NCBI GenBank assembly: GCA_965223505.1
Contig: CBDCWP010000021.1
Location: forward strand, 288,001 to 352,000
Length of the DNA: 64,000 nucleotides
Source: Planctomycetota bacterium
Lineage (GTDB): Bacteria; Planctomycetota; PLA2; JAEUHO01
Direction of reading: 5' to 3'
Made by a program: the position numbers and the translations under genes. The notes beneath the pieces were generated by a model. That model did not search any database, was not told where the DNA came from, and saw only the letters and a program-made list of their open reading frames with translations. Position 1 is the stretch's first letter, and each line of letters opens with the position of its first letter. Shown in pieces: positions 1 to 8,700 of the stretch.

Positions 1-2
1 AA

Positions 3-308
3 ATCTCACGGTTCCTCGGCGAGGCCACCAACAACATCGCGGAGCTGACCGCCGTCCTGGAGGCCCTGCGGGCCGTCAAGCGACCCCGGCTCGCCGTTCG
101 CGTTCACACCGACTCCACGTACGTGCTGGGGGTGCTCGTGGAGGGCCACAAGGTCAAGGCCAACGCCGAGCTCGTGGCAAGGATCCGCGAGGAGATGAAG
201 CGTTTCGCGGATCTCCAATTCATCAAGGTACCCGCGCACGCAGGGGTCCCGGGGAACGAACGCGCCGACCGGCTCGCCGTCGACGCGATTCGCGACAAAT
301 CGCCATGA
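3..308 (+). CDS. rnhA: Ribonuclease HI, 5'-truncated by window edge
   Basis: The frame is open from the window start: ...ATNNIAELTAVLEAL...HTDSTYV...KVPAHAGVPGNERADRLA, matching the RNase H TNN.xEL, TDS.Y and HAG..GNE.AD motifs. Confidence 0.9.
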   Translation: MSRFLGEATNNIAELTAVLEALRAVKRPRLAVRVHTDSTYVLGVLVEGHKVKANAELVARIREEMKRFADLQFIKVPAHAGVPGNERADRLAVDAIRDKSP

Positions 309-395
309 AGACGGTGCGGACCGGCCCCGCCGTCGCCGGTGCTTTCGCTATGATGCGCTCGTAGGTCGCCCCCCAAGGGAAACGAGGAGAGACCC

Positions 396-1082
396 GTGTC
401 CGAAGAAACTGAAGCTGCTTCGACGCCCGCAACCGAGGCCGCGACGGAAGGGACCAGGCCCGACCGCGTCGTCGTGCGGCCTTACCCCAAGGTGATCTTC
501 TTCTGGATGACCTGGATCACGTCGTTGGTCGCCGGAATCATCACGAGCGCCGGAAGCGACCCGAAGCACCTCGGCACCGTGTGGATGTGCATCTTCGCGT
601 TCAACCTGATCGTGATCGCGTACGACTTCACCGAGATCATCTCGATCATGTTGTTGGCGCTGTTCGGTCTGCTGATCTTCGCCGGCCTGTACTTCGATTT
701 CCTGAGCTTCATCGGCGAGTTCTTCGCGAAGCTGCAGCTCGACATGAACCCGAGCTTCTACTGGACGATGTTCGGGCTGTTCTCGATCATCTACCTCTTC
801 GTGTTCCTCAAGACCCGATTCGACTACTGGGAGTTCCGCTACAACGAGGTCATCCACCGCCGGGGCGTGTTCGCGGACATCAAGCGCTACAGCACGGAAG
901 ACCTACGTTGGTTCAAGGAGATCCCGGACGTCCTCGAGCGCATCCTGTGCCAGTCGGGACGCATGATCCTGACGACGCCGCGCGAGACGCATCCGATCGT
1001 GATCGAGCACGTGGTCGGCATCAACCGGATCGACGAACAGGTCGCCGACATCCTCGGCGTCAAGCGCGTCACCCTGGGGTAG
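396..1082 (+). CDS. Membrane protein with about 4 TM helices and a C-terminal soluble (bPH-like) domain
   Basis: 228-aa ORF with GTG start after the GAGGAG RBS; several hydrophobic segments; typical codon usage. Confidence 0.75.
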   Translation: MSEETEAASTPATEAATEGTRPDRVVVRPYPKVIFFWMTWITSLVAGIITSAGSDPKHLGTVWMCIFAFNLIVIAYDFTEIISIMLLALFGLLIFAGLYFDFLSFIGEFFAKLQLDMNPSFYWTMFGLFSIIYLFVFLKTRFDYWEFRYNEVIHRRGVFADIKRYSTEDLRWFKEIPDVLERILCQSGRMILTTPRETHPIVIEHVVGINRIDEQVADILGVKRVTLG

Positions 1083-1110
1083 GCCCTGGCACGGTCCGAC
1101 TCGAGCGCGT

Positions 1111-2463
1111 TCACTGCGCCTTGAGCGTGCCTTTCAGATTGCGCGTCTGCGGCGAACCACGAACGCCTTGGATCAGGCGCTTGATGCGCACGTCCACGAG
1201 GTCGCCCTTCTTCACGAACTGCAGGAACCGGAGCAGGTCGTCCGAGTTCTTGATTTTCCAGGGTCCGAGCCCGACGACGATGTCTTGCGGCCGCAGCTTG
1301 ATCGACTCGGCCGGCCCTTCCTCGCGCAGGTCGGTGATGACGACGCCCTCGACGTCGTCGACGTCCTCGCCCACGAAGCCGAGGTGGTCGGCGCTGAGAC
1401 GCGCGGTCGGCACCTGCTCCTGTCCCACCGAGAACGGCGTGGGGATGACCTTGCCGGCGCGGCGCACCTTCAAGCTCAGCGGACCGGTCAGCGGCGCGGA
1501 CATCATCGCGACGCGCACGTCGTACAGCGTCGGCGTGGAGCGACCGTTGACCGCGAGCACCACGTCCTTCTCTCGAAGTCCCGACCCGCGAGCGGGGCCC
1601 TTGTTGTAGACCACCTGGACGAGCGCCTCGCCTGACTCGCCCTCTTCGAAGTCGACGCCGATCCAGTGCCCGTTGACCAGCCGGCGTTTGAACGCGGCGG
1701 CGATGAGCGAGCGCACGCGGTCCATGGGAATCGCGAAGCCGATGCCCTCGGCGCCCGTCGCGCGGTTGTAGATCGCCGTATTGACGCCGATCCAGCGGCC
1801 GGTGACGTCGATCAGGGGGCCGCCGGAGTTGCCGGGGTTGATCGCGGCGTCCACCTGGATGAAGTCGTCGAAGTGGTGGTTGCCGAGCTCGAGCCTGCGG
1901 TCGAGGCCGCTCACGATGCCCTTCGTCACCGTGATGCCGAGCTTGAACGGGTTGCCGACCGCGAGCACGGTCTCGCCGATCATCAGGTCGTCGGAGCGCC
2001 CCATCGGCAGGTGCGGGTAGCGCCGGCCGTCGCGGTCGATGAGCTGCAGGATGGCGAGATCGTTGGGAATGTCGACAGCCAGCGGACGGGCGGGGCGCTC
2101 GTACTGCTCGCCGTCCTCGTCCGTCAAGATCACGAAGATCTTGCTGGCCCGCTGCACGACGTGAGCGTTCGTAACGACGTACCCGTCCTGGTGGAAGATC
2201 GCGCCCGAGCCCAGGCCGCCTTCGCGCTCCATTGGGTCGCCGGCATAGACGCGGCCGCGCAGGAAGTCGTACCACTCGCGCCGCACGATCTGGGTCGTCT
2301 TGATCGCCACGACGGCCCCGCGCGTCTTCTGTACGGCCTTCGTGATCGCGTTCTCGCGCAGGTGCTTCTCGCCGTCGGCGCTCGCGTCGGAGGGCGGGAC
2401 GACGAGCACCACGAAGAGCAGGGGGCAAAGGAGGAGGGTGACGAGGTGTCGCTTGGTCAGCAT
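1111..2463 (-). CDS. HtrA/DegP-family periplasmic serine protease with 2 PDZ domains
   Basis: Signal peptide MLTKRHLVTLLL; TNAHVV, DLA and DAAINPGNSGGP triad motifs; PDZ-like C-terminus; AGGAG RBS before ATG 2463. Confidence 0.92.
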   Translation of the reverse strand: MLTKRHLVTLLLCPLLFVVLVVPPSDASADGEKHLRENAITKAVQKTRGAVVAIKTTQIVRREWYDFLRGRVYAGDPMEREGGLGSGAIFHQDGYVVTNAHVVQRASKIFVILTDEDGEQYERPARPLAVDIPNDLAILQLIDRDGRRYPHLPMGRSDDLMIGETVLAVGNPFKLGITVTKGIVSGLDRRLELGNHHFDDFIQVDAAINPGNSGGPLIDVTGRWIGVNTAIYNRATGAEGIGFAIPMDRVRSLIAAAFKRRLVNGHWIGVDFEEGESGEALVQVVYNKGPARGSGLREKDVVLAVNGRSTPTLYDVRVAMMSAPLTGPLSLKVRRAGKVIPTPFSVGQEQVPTARLSADHLGFVGEDVDDVEGVVITDLREEGPAESIKLRPQDIVVGLGPWKIKNSDDLLRFLQFVKKGDLVDVRIKRLIQGVRGSPQTRNLKGTLKAQ

Positions 2464-2596
2464 GCGAGGAACTCCTGACACGGGCGGACATAGCAGAATA
2501 CGTGTGCCGCGGGGCTGTTGATAGCGGCGCCGGCGCCTGTCCAACCCTCGAACGGCTGATTTTCGCGGTCCTGATAGGATCCACGGCCCGTTGCAC

Positions 2597-3547
2597 ATGA
2601 CCTCCAACCCCATCAACCCCGACGACTGCGACCGACGCGAGCCCGACGTGTTCGAGGAGCTCGTGCGCGTGCGCGCCGACGGAACACGCGCGGCGCTGGC
2701 GACCGTCATCTCGACACGCGGCAGCACGCCGGGCAAGGAGACCATGCGCCTGTTGGTGACGGAGAACGGCGAGTTCATCGGCACCGTCGGCGGCGGGTGC
2801 GTCGAAGCCGAGGTCGTCGATGCGGCGCTCGACGTGATCGAATCGGACGTACCCCAGCGCGTGACCTACCGGCTCACCGAGTCGGCCACGGGAACATCGG
2901 GGTTGATGTGCGGCGGAGAGATCGAAGTGTTCATCGAGCCGGTCAGCGCGCCGCAGCTCGTGCTCTTCGGCGCCGGACACATCAGCAAGGACCTGTGCGC
3001 CATCGCGACGCGCGCCGGGTTTCGCGTCACCGTCGTTGACGACCGAACGTCGTTTGCCAATCCGGAACGTTTCCCGCTGGCGCGGGCCGTCGTCGCTGGC
3101 GAGACCTTCGACGAGTGCTTCGAGACGCTTCGGATCACGCCCTCGACTTACTGCGTCGTCGTAACGCGTGGCCACAAGATGGACCTCGAGTGCACGGACT
3201 TCGCACTGCACTCGCCGGCGCAGTACGTCGGTCTGATCGGCAGCAAGGTCAAGGTGCGATCGATCCTCGGCAAGCTGCGCGACGCGGGCCGGCTGACGGA
3301 CATCGACCTCGCGCGGCTGCACGCCCCCATCGGCATCGACCTCGGCGGCGGGACGCACGGCGAGATCGCGGTGTCGATCGTCTCCGAGCTGATCGCCCAT
3401 CGCCGACGTTCGCTCGAAGGCCTGCGAACGAAGCGTATCGAGGCCGAGGACATGCGAGCACTGGCCGAACGGGTCCGCAAACGGGCCCCGAAGCCCGGCG
3501 GCGCGCCGAGTCCGACCCCAGGCGCCTCGCCCGGGGCGCAGCGCTAG
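2597..3547 (+). CDS. XdhC/CoxI family molybdoenzyme maturation factor
   Basis: ATVISTRGSTPG, GTVGGGCVE, GLMCGG, VFIEP, FGAGH, YVGLIGS, HAPIGIDLGG and EIAVSI motifs. Confidence 0.9.
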   Translation: MTSNPINPDDCDRREPDVFEELVRVRADGTRAALATVISTRGSTPGKETMRLLVTENGEFIGTVGGGCVEAEVVDAALDVIESDVPQRVTYRLTESATGTSGLMCGGEIEVFIEPVSAPQLVLFGAGHISKDLCAIATRAGFRVTVVDDRTSFANPERFPLARAVVAGETFDECFETLRITPSTYCVVVTRGHKMDLECTDFALHSPAQYVGLIGSKVKVRSILGKLRDAGRLTDIDLARLHAPIGIDLGGGTHGEIAVSIVSELIAHRRRSLEGLRTKRIEAEDMRALAERVRKRAPKPGGAPSPTPGASPGAQR

Positions 3548-3689
3548 CGAACCGCCGAGGGGGTCCGTTCGTTGGTGGCACAGGAGTGCTCTTTTCGCGC
3601 GGACGGCTCCGGGTCGGGTTGACCGTTCCTGGGGGCCTCGTTACCCTCCCAATCGGCCTGAAATCGACCCTAGAGGGGCCACACCTCCT

Positions 3690-4928
3690 ATGAACATCCG
3701 TCTTCTCGCGGCTGCCGTTGCAGTCGCTCTCATCATTCAAATCGCTCCCGGTGCCTGCGCGGACGTCATCCAAGAGATCGGCGAGCCGCCGCCGACGCCG
3801 CGAGAGGAGTTCGACGCCAAGAACGCGAAGCTCAAGGAGTTCAACTTCAAGACGGTCAAGGCCGGCGCGAAGTCCGTTTCCGCGGCGAGAGTCGAGGACG
3901 TTCACTTCTACGGAAGCCTCGGCGATGGCTACGAGATGGGGCTCGCTCACGCCAACTCTGGCGCGTTTCGTGAAGCAGCGATGGCGTTCGAAGCCGCCGC
4001 CGGCGAGCACAAGGACGAGAAACGCCAGTACATTCTCTACAAGCGCGTCCAGGCGTGGCGCGCCGCGGGAGAGGTCGAGCGGATCAAGCAGGCCGCCGAG
4101 GAGCTCCTCGCGGAGTTCCCCGATACGTACTACTTCTATCCGGCGCAGGAGCTGCGCGCGCGCATCTTCCTCCAGCAGCGCAAGGCCGGGGATGCGAAGG
4201 CCGCGTTGGAAGCCGTGACGTCGGCCGCGGGCATGAACGCTCGCGACTACTTCGAGGCGGAGCTGGCGAAGATCCGCTTCTTCGACGTTCCGAAGGCCGG
4301 CAACAAGAAGGACAAGAACGCGGAGATCGAGCGCAAGTACCGCGACCTCATCCGCCGCATCGACGCGCATCCCGCCAAGGAAGACGCCGTGATCCAGCGC
4401 ATGAAGGCGACGGTCGGCGTCAGCCAGGCGTTGGTCATGCAGCAGAAGCACGCCGAGGCGCAGAAGGAGCTCGAAAAGGTCGTCAACGACAACAGCGTGA
4501 AGGACAAGGCGCTGCTGGCGTCGGCCTACCGCGGGCTGGGTGACGCCATCTACGTGCAGGCGAAGATGGCCGACAAGGCGGCGGCGGGCGACCAGGAGAA
4601 GAAGAAGAAGGTCGTCGAGCAGCTCGAGGAGGCGATGCTGCACTACATGCGCGTCATCCTCCTCTACGCGCCTTCCGGCGAAGGACATGACGAGCTGCTG
4701 CCCTCGCTCACGTCGTGCGCGCGCGTTTGCGCCAATCTGTTCGTCATGGGTGGCGAGAAGGACGAGGCCATGGGCCGCAAGGCATACGGCTTCTTCCACA
4801 AGGCCTACAACATGATGGGCCGCGGTGAGGCGAAGCGGAAGCTCGGCGCGGAGGCGATGCAGATCAAGCAGGCGCTCGACGCGTTGCAGAACGGCGGCAC
4901 CGAAGAGAACGGCAACGGGAACAACTAG
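3690..4928 (+). CDS. Exported helical/TPR-like protein
   Basis: 412-aa ORF with a signal peptide, helical TPR-like segments (ASAYRGLGDAIY) and strong codon bias. Confidence 0.7.
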   Translation: MNIRLLAAAVAVALIIQIAPGACADVIQEIGEPPPTPREEFDAKNAKLKEFNFKTVKAGAKSVSAARVEDVHFYGSLGDGYEMGLAHANSGAFREAAMAFEAAAGEHKDEKRQYILYKRVQAWRAAGEVERIKQAAEELLAEFPDTYYFYPAQELRARIFLQQRKAGDAKAALEAVTSAAGMNARDYFEAELAKIRFFDVPKAGNKKDKNAEIERKYRDLIRRIDAHPAKEDAVIQRMKATVGVSQALVMQQKHAEAQKELEKVVNDNSVKDKALLASAYRGLGDAIYVQAKMADKAAAGDQEKKKKVVEQLEEAMLHYMRVILLYAPSGEGHDELLPSLTSCARVCANLFVMGGEKDEAMGRKAYGFFHKAYNMMGRGEAKRKLGAEAMQIKQALDALQNGGTEENGNGNN

Positions 4929-4963
4929 TCTCCCCAGAGGATGCTGACCGCGCAGGTCACCGC

Positions 4964-5707
4964 ATGTCGGCGAACCGGAACAACCTGAGCCTCCCGGTTC
5001 GCCTGTATCGCTTCGGCTACGAGCACGTCTATCGGTGGTTCAAGGGCGTCGTCACGATCCTGACCGGTCCGTTGTTTCGTGTACGCCGTGTGGGGCCGCG
5101 CACGAAGCTCCCGCCGGGCGGCATCATCATCTGCGCCAACCACGCCTCGTACCTCGACCCGCCCTTCATCCAGATGGTGGTCAGGCGCCGGCTCGTGTTC
5201 GTGATGACGAACGAGTTCTACAAGAAGCGGTTGGGCCGCTGGTTCTTCAAGCTCGTTGACGCGGTGCCGATCGGCTCGGGTCGAATGGCTCGATCCGGCC
5301 TCAAGCGCGCCATCGCACACGTGAGGCGCGGGCAAGCGGTCGGGATCTTCCCGGAGGGCCGCCTGACCCGGGATGGCAAGCCGAACAAGGCCCAGCGGGG
5401 CATCGCGATCGTGGCCCGGAGAACGGGCGCGACGATCTACCCGGCGGGCATCGCCGGATCGATGCGCGCCTGGCGGCACGGCGCGAAGCGACCGCGGCGG
5501 GCGCATGTTCGGATCAAGTTCGGTGCGCCCGTGCGCTGGGCCGACGGGCCGTGGACGCCCACCAGGGCCGATGAACAGGCGTTTGCGGACATGCTGCTCG
5601 CCCGCAGTCTCGAGCTGAAGGACTGGATCGAAACCAACGCTCCGAGCCCTTTCGACCCGCCTCGAACCGCGGCCGAGGCTCCGGCCGCCGAACGTTCAGA
5701 TTCTTGA
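4964..5707 (+). CDS. plsC: 1-acyl-sn-glycerol-3-phosphate (lysophospholipid) acyltransferase, PlsC family
   Basis: NHASYLD (HX4D) and IFPEG motifs. Confidence 0.88.
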   Translation: MSANRNNLSLPVRLYRFGYEHVYRWFKGVVTILTGPLFRVRRVGPRTKLPPGGIIICANHASYLDPPFIQMVVRRRLVFVMTNEFYKKRLGRWFFKLVDAVPIGSGRMARSGLKRAIAHVRRGQAVGIFPEGRLTRDGKPNKAQRGIAIVARRTGATIYPAGIAGSMRAWRHGAKRPRRAHVRIKFGAPVRWADGPWTPTRADEQAFADMLLARSLELKDWIETNAPSPFDPPRTAAEAPAAERSDS

Positions 5708-5770
5708 ACGGAAGGTCGATAGGACCCCGGCAAGACCGCACCAAACCGGCGGTTGGCCCGAGGTCAGTGA

Positions 5771-8700
5771 ATGTCGACCGATTCCAACATCGGCCAGATT
5801 CTGGTCGGGCGGTACCTCCTGCGCCGTCTGCTCGGGAGCGGTGCGCACGGACGGGTCTACCTCGCCGACGACCTGGGTCGCGGCGGTACGCGCGTCGCGT
5901 TCAAGCTGGTGGAGGGACTGGTCGGCGGCGGGCCGCGTGATCCCGCCGAGTCGATCCTGCGCTGGCTTCGCCACCCGAACTGGGCCGACGTTCTCGACGC
6001 GGGCGCCTGTGGGGCGCACGACTATTTCCAGGTCACGCGCTACGTGCAGGGACGGAGCCTCGACAAGCTCGCAGGGCCGCAACCGGTCGAGCTCGTCTGG
6101 CAGGTGCTGGAAGACGGCGCGCGGGTACTCCGCGCGCTGCACCAACAGGGGCTGATCCACTACGACGTCACGCCCGGGAACCTGCTGCTCGAGCCCGACG
6201 GCGACCGATCCGCTTTCGTGCTGACGGACGGCGGCCTGGCCCACGTAGGTCCGGTGCGTGGCGTGGCGCGCGGCACGCCGCAATACATGGCGCCGGAGGT
6301 CACCGAGGACCGGGGCCATGATCACCGCACCGATCTCTATTCGCTCGGACTGGTCGCATACCGCCTCGCGGTGGGACGCGACCCGTTCGAGGGGGGTGCC
6401 GGGGACGTGTTGGGACAGCGGCGGCGTTACGACTCACCTCGTGCGTCCGTCGTTCGTCCGGAACTTCCGCCGGAGCTGGACGACCTGATCGCGGATCTGC
6501 TGGCTCGGGATCCGAACGCACGTCCGTTTGACGGCAACGCCGTGCTCGATCGCGTTCGGGATGCGCGCGACGCGCAGGTGCCCGAGTTCACTGCGGTGGA
6601 GGGGCTCGCGGCCGCAAGCGGAGGCCCGTTGGTTGGTCGCTCTCGCCAGCTCGTCCGCTTCCGCCGGACGGTCCGTGAGCTCGCGCGGCACCTTCCGGCG
6701 GAATCCGAAGCGCGTGTTCGGGGACCCGTGTCGCATCTGACGGATCCGGTCGTGCTCGTCCGCGGTGCCCCAGGCGCCGGCACGACGCGGCTGGTGAGCG
6801 AGTTTGCGTCGCTCGCGCGGGATGACGAGCTGCCGGTGATGCTGGTCGCCGGGCGTGAACGAGCGCCTGACCGACGCGGCCCGCTGCGTCGACTCGTCGA
6901 CGGACTCTCGTCACTCGGATTGGGAGAGGACGAGAAACCGGAGAAGATCCGCTTGGATCTGCGCTCCAACGGCATGCAGCGCGAGGAAAGAGCGCACGCG
7001 GCGAACCGAGCGATCGAAGTCGTGATCCGCGAGGTCGAGCGAGCGGCGGAACGCACGCCCTTCGTGCTGCTGGTCGAAGACTTCGCCGACCTGCCTTCGG
7101 GGGCGAGGGAGGCGGTGCGCGTTCTGTCGAGGCACCTCCTTTCGCGCGCCGAGGAGCCGGGCCGGCACGACGCGTCACCGGTTTCGCTCGTCGTCGACCT
7201 CGGCGTGGCTTCTCCGGACTCGCTCTTGATCCCGGACGCCATGAACTTGCAGCGTCCGGTCATCGAGCTCGACGCGCTGCAGTACGGCGATCTGCAGACG
7301 ATGTGCGAGACGCGGTTCCCCGGGCTCACGATGGTCTCGGAGGACGTCGCACGGCTCTACGAGACGTGCGACGGAATGCCGTCGACGTTGGTCGCGGTGA
7401 TGAGCGAGGCCGGGCGTCGCGGAGACCTGAGGTACGACACCGGCCGCTGGCACTGGGACCTGTCGGCGCTCGACGCGTACGAGATCCGTCGCGGGCTGAC
7501 GCCGATGCATGCGGAGGCCCTGGGGCGGGCCGGACCGCGAACGAGGACGCTGTTGCAGCAGCTCGCGCTGGTGGAGTCCAACCTGGGGGAGCCCGTCGTT
7601 CGAGCGTTGTGCGAAAGAGCGGGGCTGGAGGAGATCCCCGCGACCACGCTGTTGTCGGTGCAGGCCCAGACGACGTCCGCGGCCTATGCGCTTGCCAACA
7701 AGTCGATTCGTGACGAGCTTCTCAGAACACTGACGGAGGACGAGGTCCTCGCACATGCCGAACGGCTGATCAAGACACTGGAGGCGCACGCGTCGCCGGA
7801 GACGGTGCTCGAGCGCGCGCGTCTCCTGGTACGCGTGGGACGAGGTGAGGATGCCGTCCGGCTGCTGCACGACGCCTGCGACGACCTGACGGTCGAGGAC
7901 CGACATGCGACGCAGTCGGTCCTTCGCACGGCGCTCGACGCCGACGAGTCCCTGGCACGGGGCGAGACACGCAACGCCATTGCAGCGCTGCTCGACCATG
8001 GCCCCGACGCCGTACACCTCGCGACGGCACTTGCTTCGACCGAAATCGCGCACGAGCGTTGCTCCAACGCAATCGCTATCGCGCAGACACTGCAGTCAGG
8101 CCAAAAATACCGTGACGCTCTTGACTTCCTGAAGAACGACATCGACCCCGGTGATTCGGCCATTGAAAGTAGCCTGCTGCACTGCATCAGGGCGCAAGTC
8201 TTGCTCGCGACCCAACAACTGGAACTCGCGCATGATGCGGTTCGTGAGGCGCGCCTCTGGATGAGAAGGGGGAGAAGCGCCCGACACACTCACCCGGGCA
8301 GAGTCTTCGCATACCTCGCGACGACCGCTCAGATGATGTTCTTTCGAGGCCGGTTGGACCGCGCGGCGCGGCTCCTTCGAAGAGCCACGCGCTACGCGGC
8401 GAAGGACGGCAGCCTCTTCAAGCGTGCGAGCGTTCTGAACAACCTCGCTATCACGCTGACGTCCAGCGGAAGGCCACGAGAAGCGCAGCGGTATTTCCAG
8501 AGGGCACTCCGCCTAATGCGGCTCATTGGTGACACCGATGGTGTGGTCTTCACCACACTAAACGTAGCCCGTTTGAACTACCTCGCTGGCGATCCATTGG
8601 GAAGCGCGTCGCTCTACAAACAATGCGCGGCGCTAGCGCAACGATATGCGCTGCACGTAACGGTCACGAAGGCCCTGCGCGCCTTGGCGCTGATCTTCGA

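Noticed and set aside
243..258. GGGGTCCCGGGGAACG resembling the parS variant
   Set aside because: Only a half-site matches, and it is explained by the RNase H codons for GVPGNE.
2597..3547. XdhC as a marker of a molybdoenzyme cluster
   Set aside because: There are no xdh/cox structural or Moco genes nearby; orphan xdhC genes are common.
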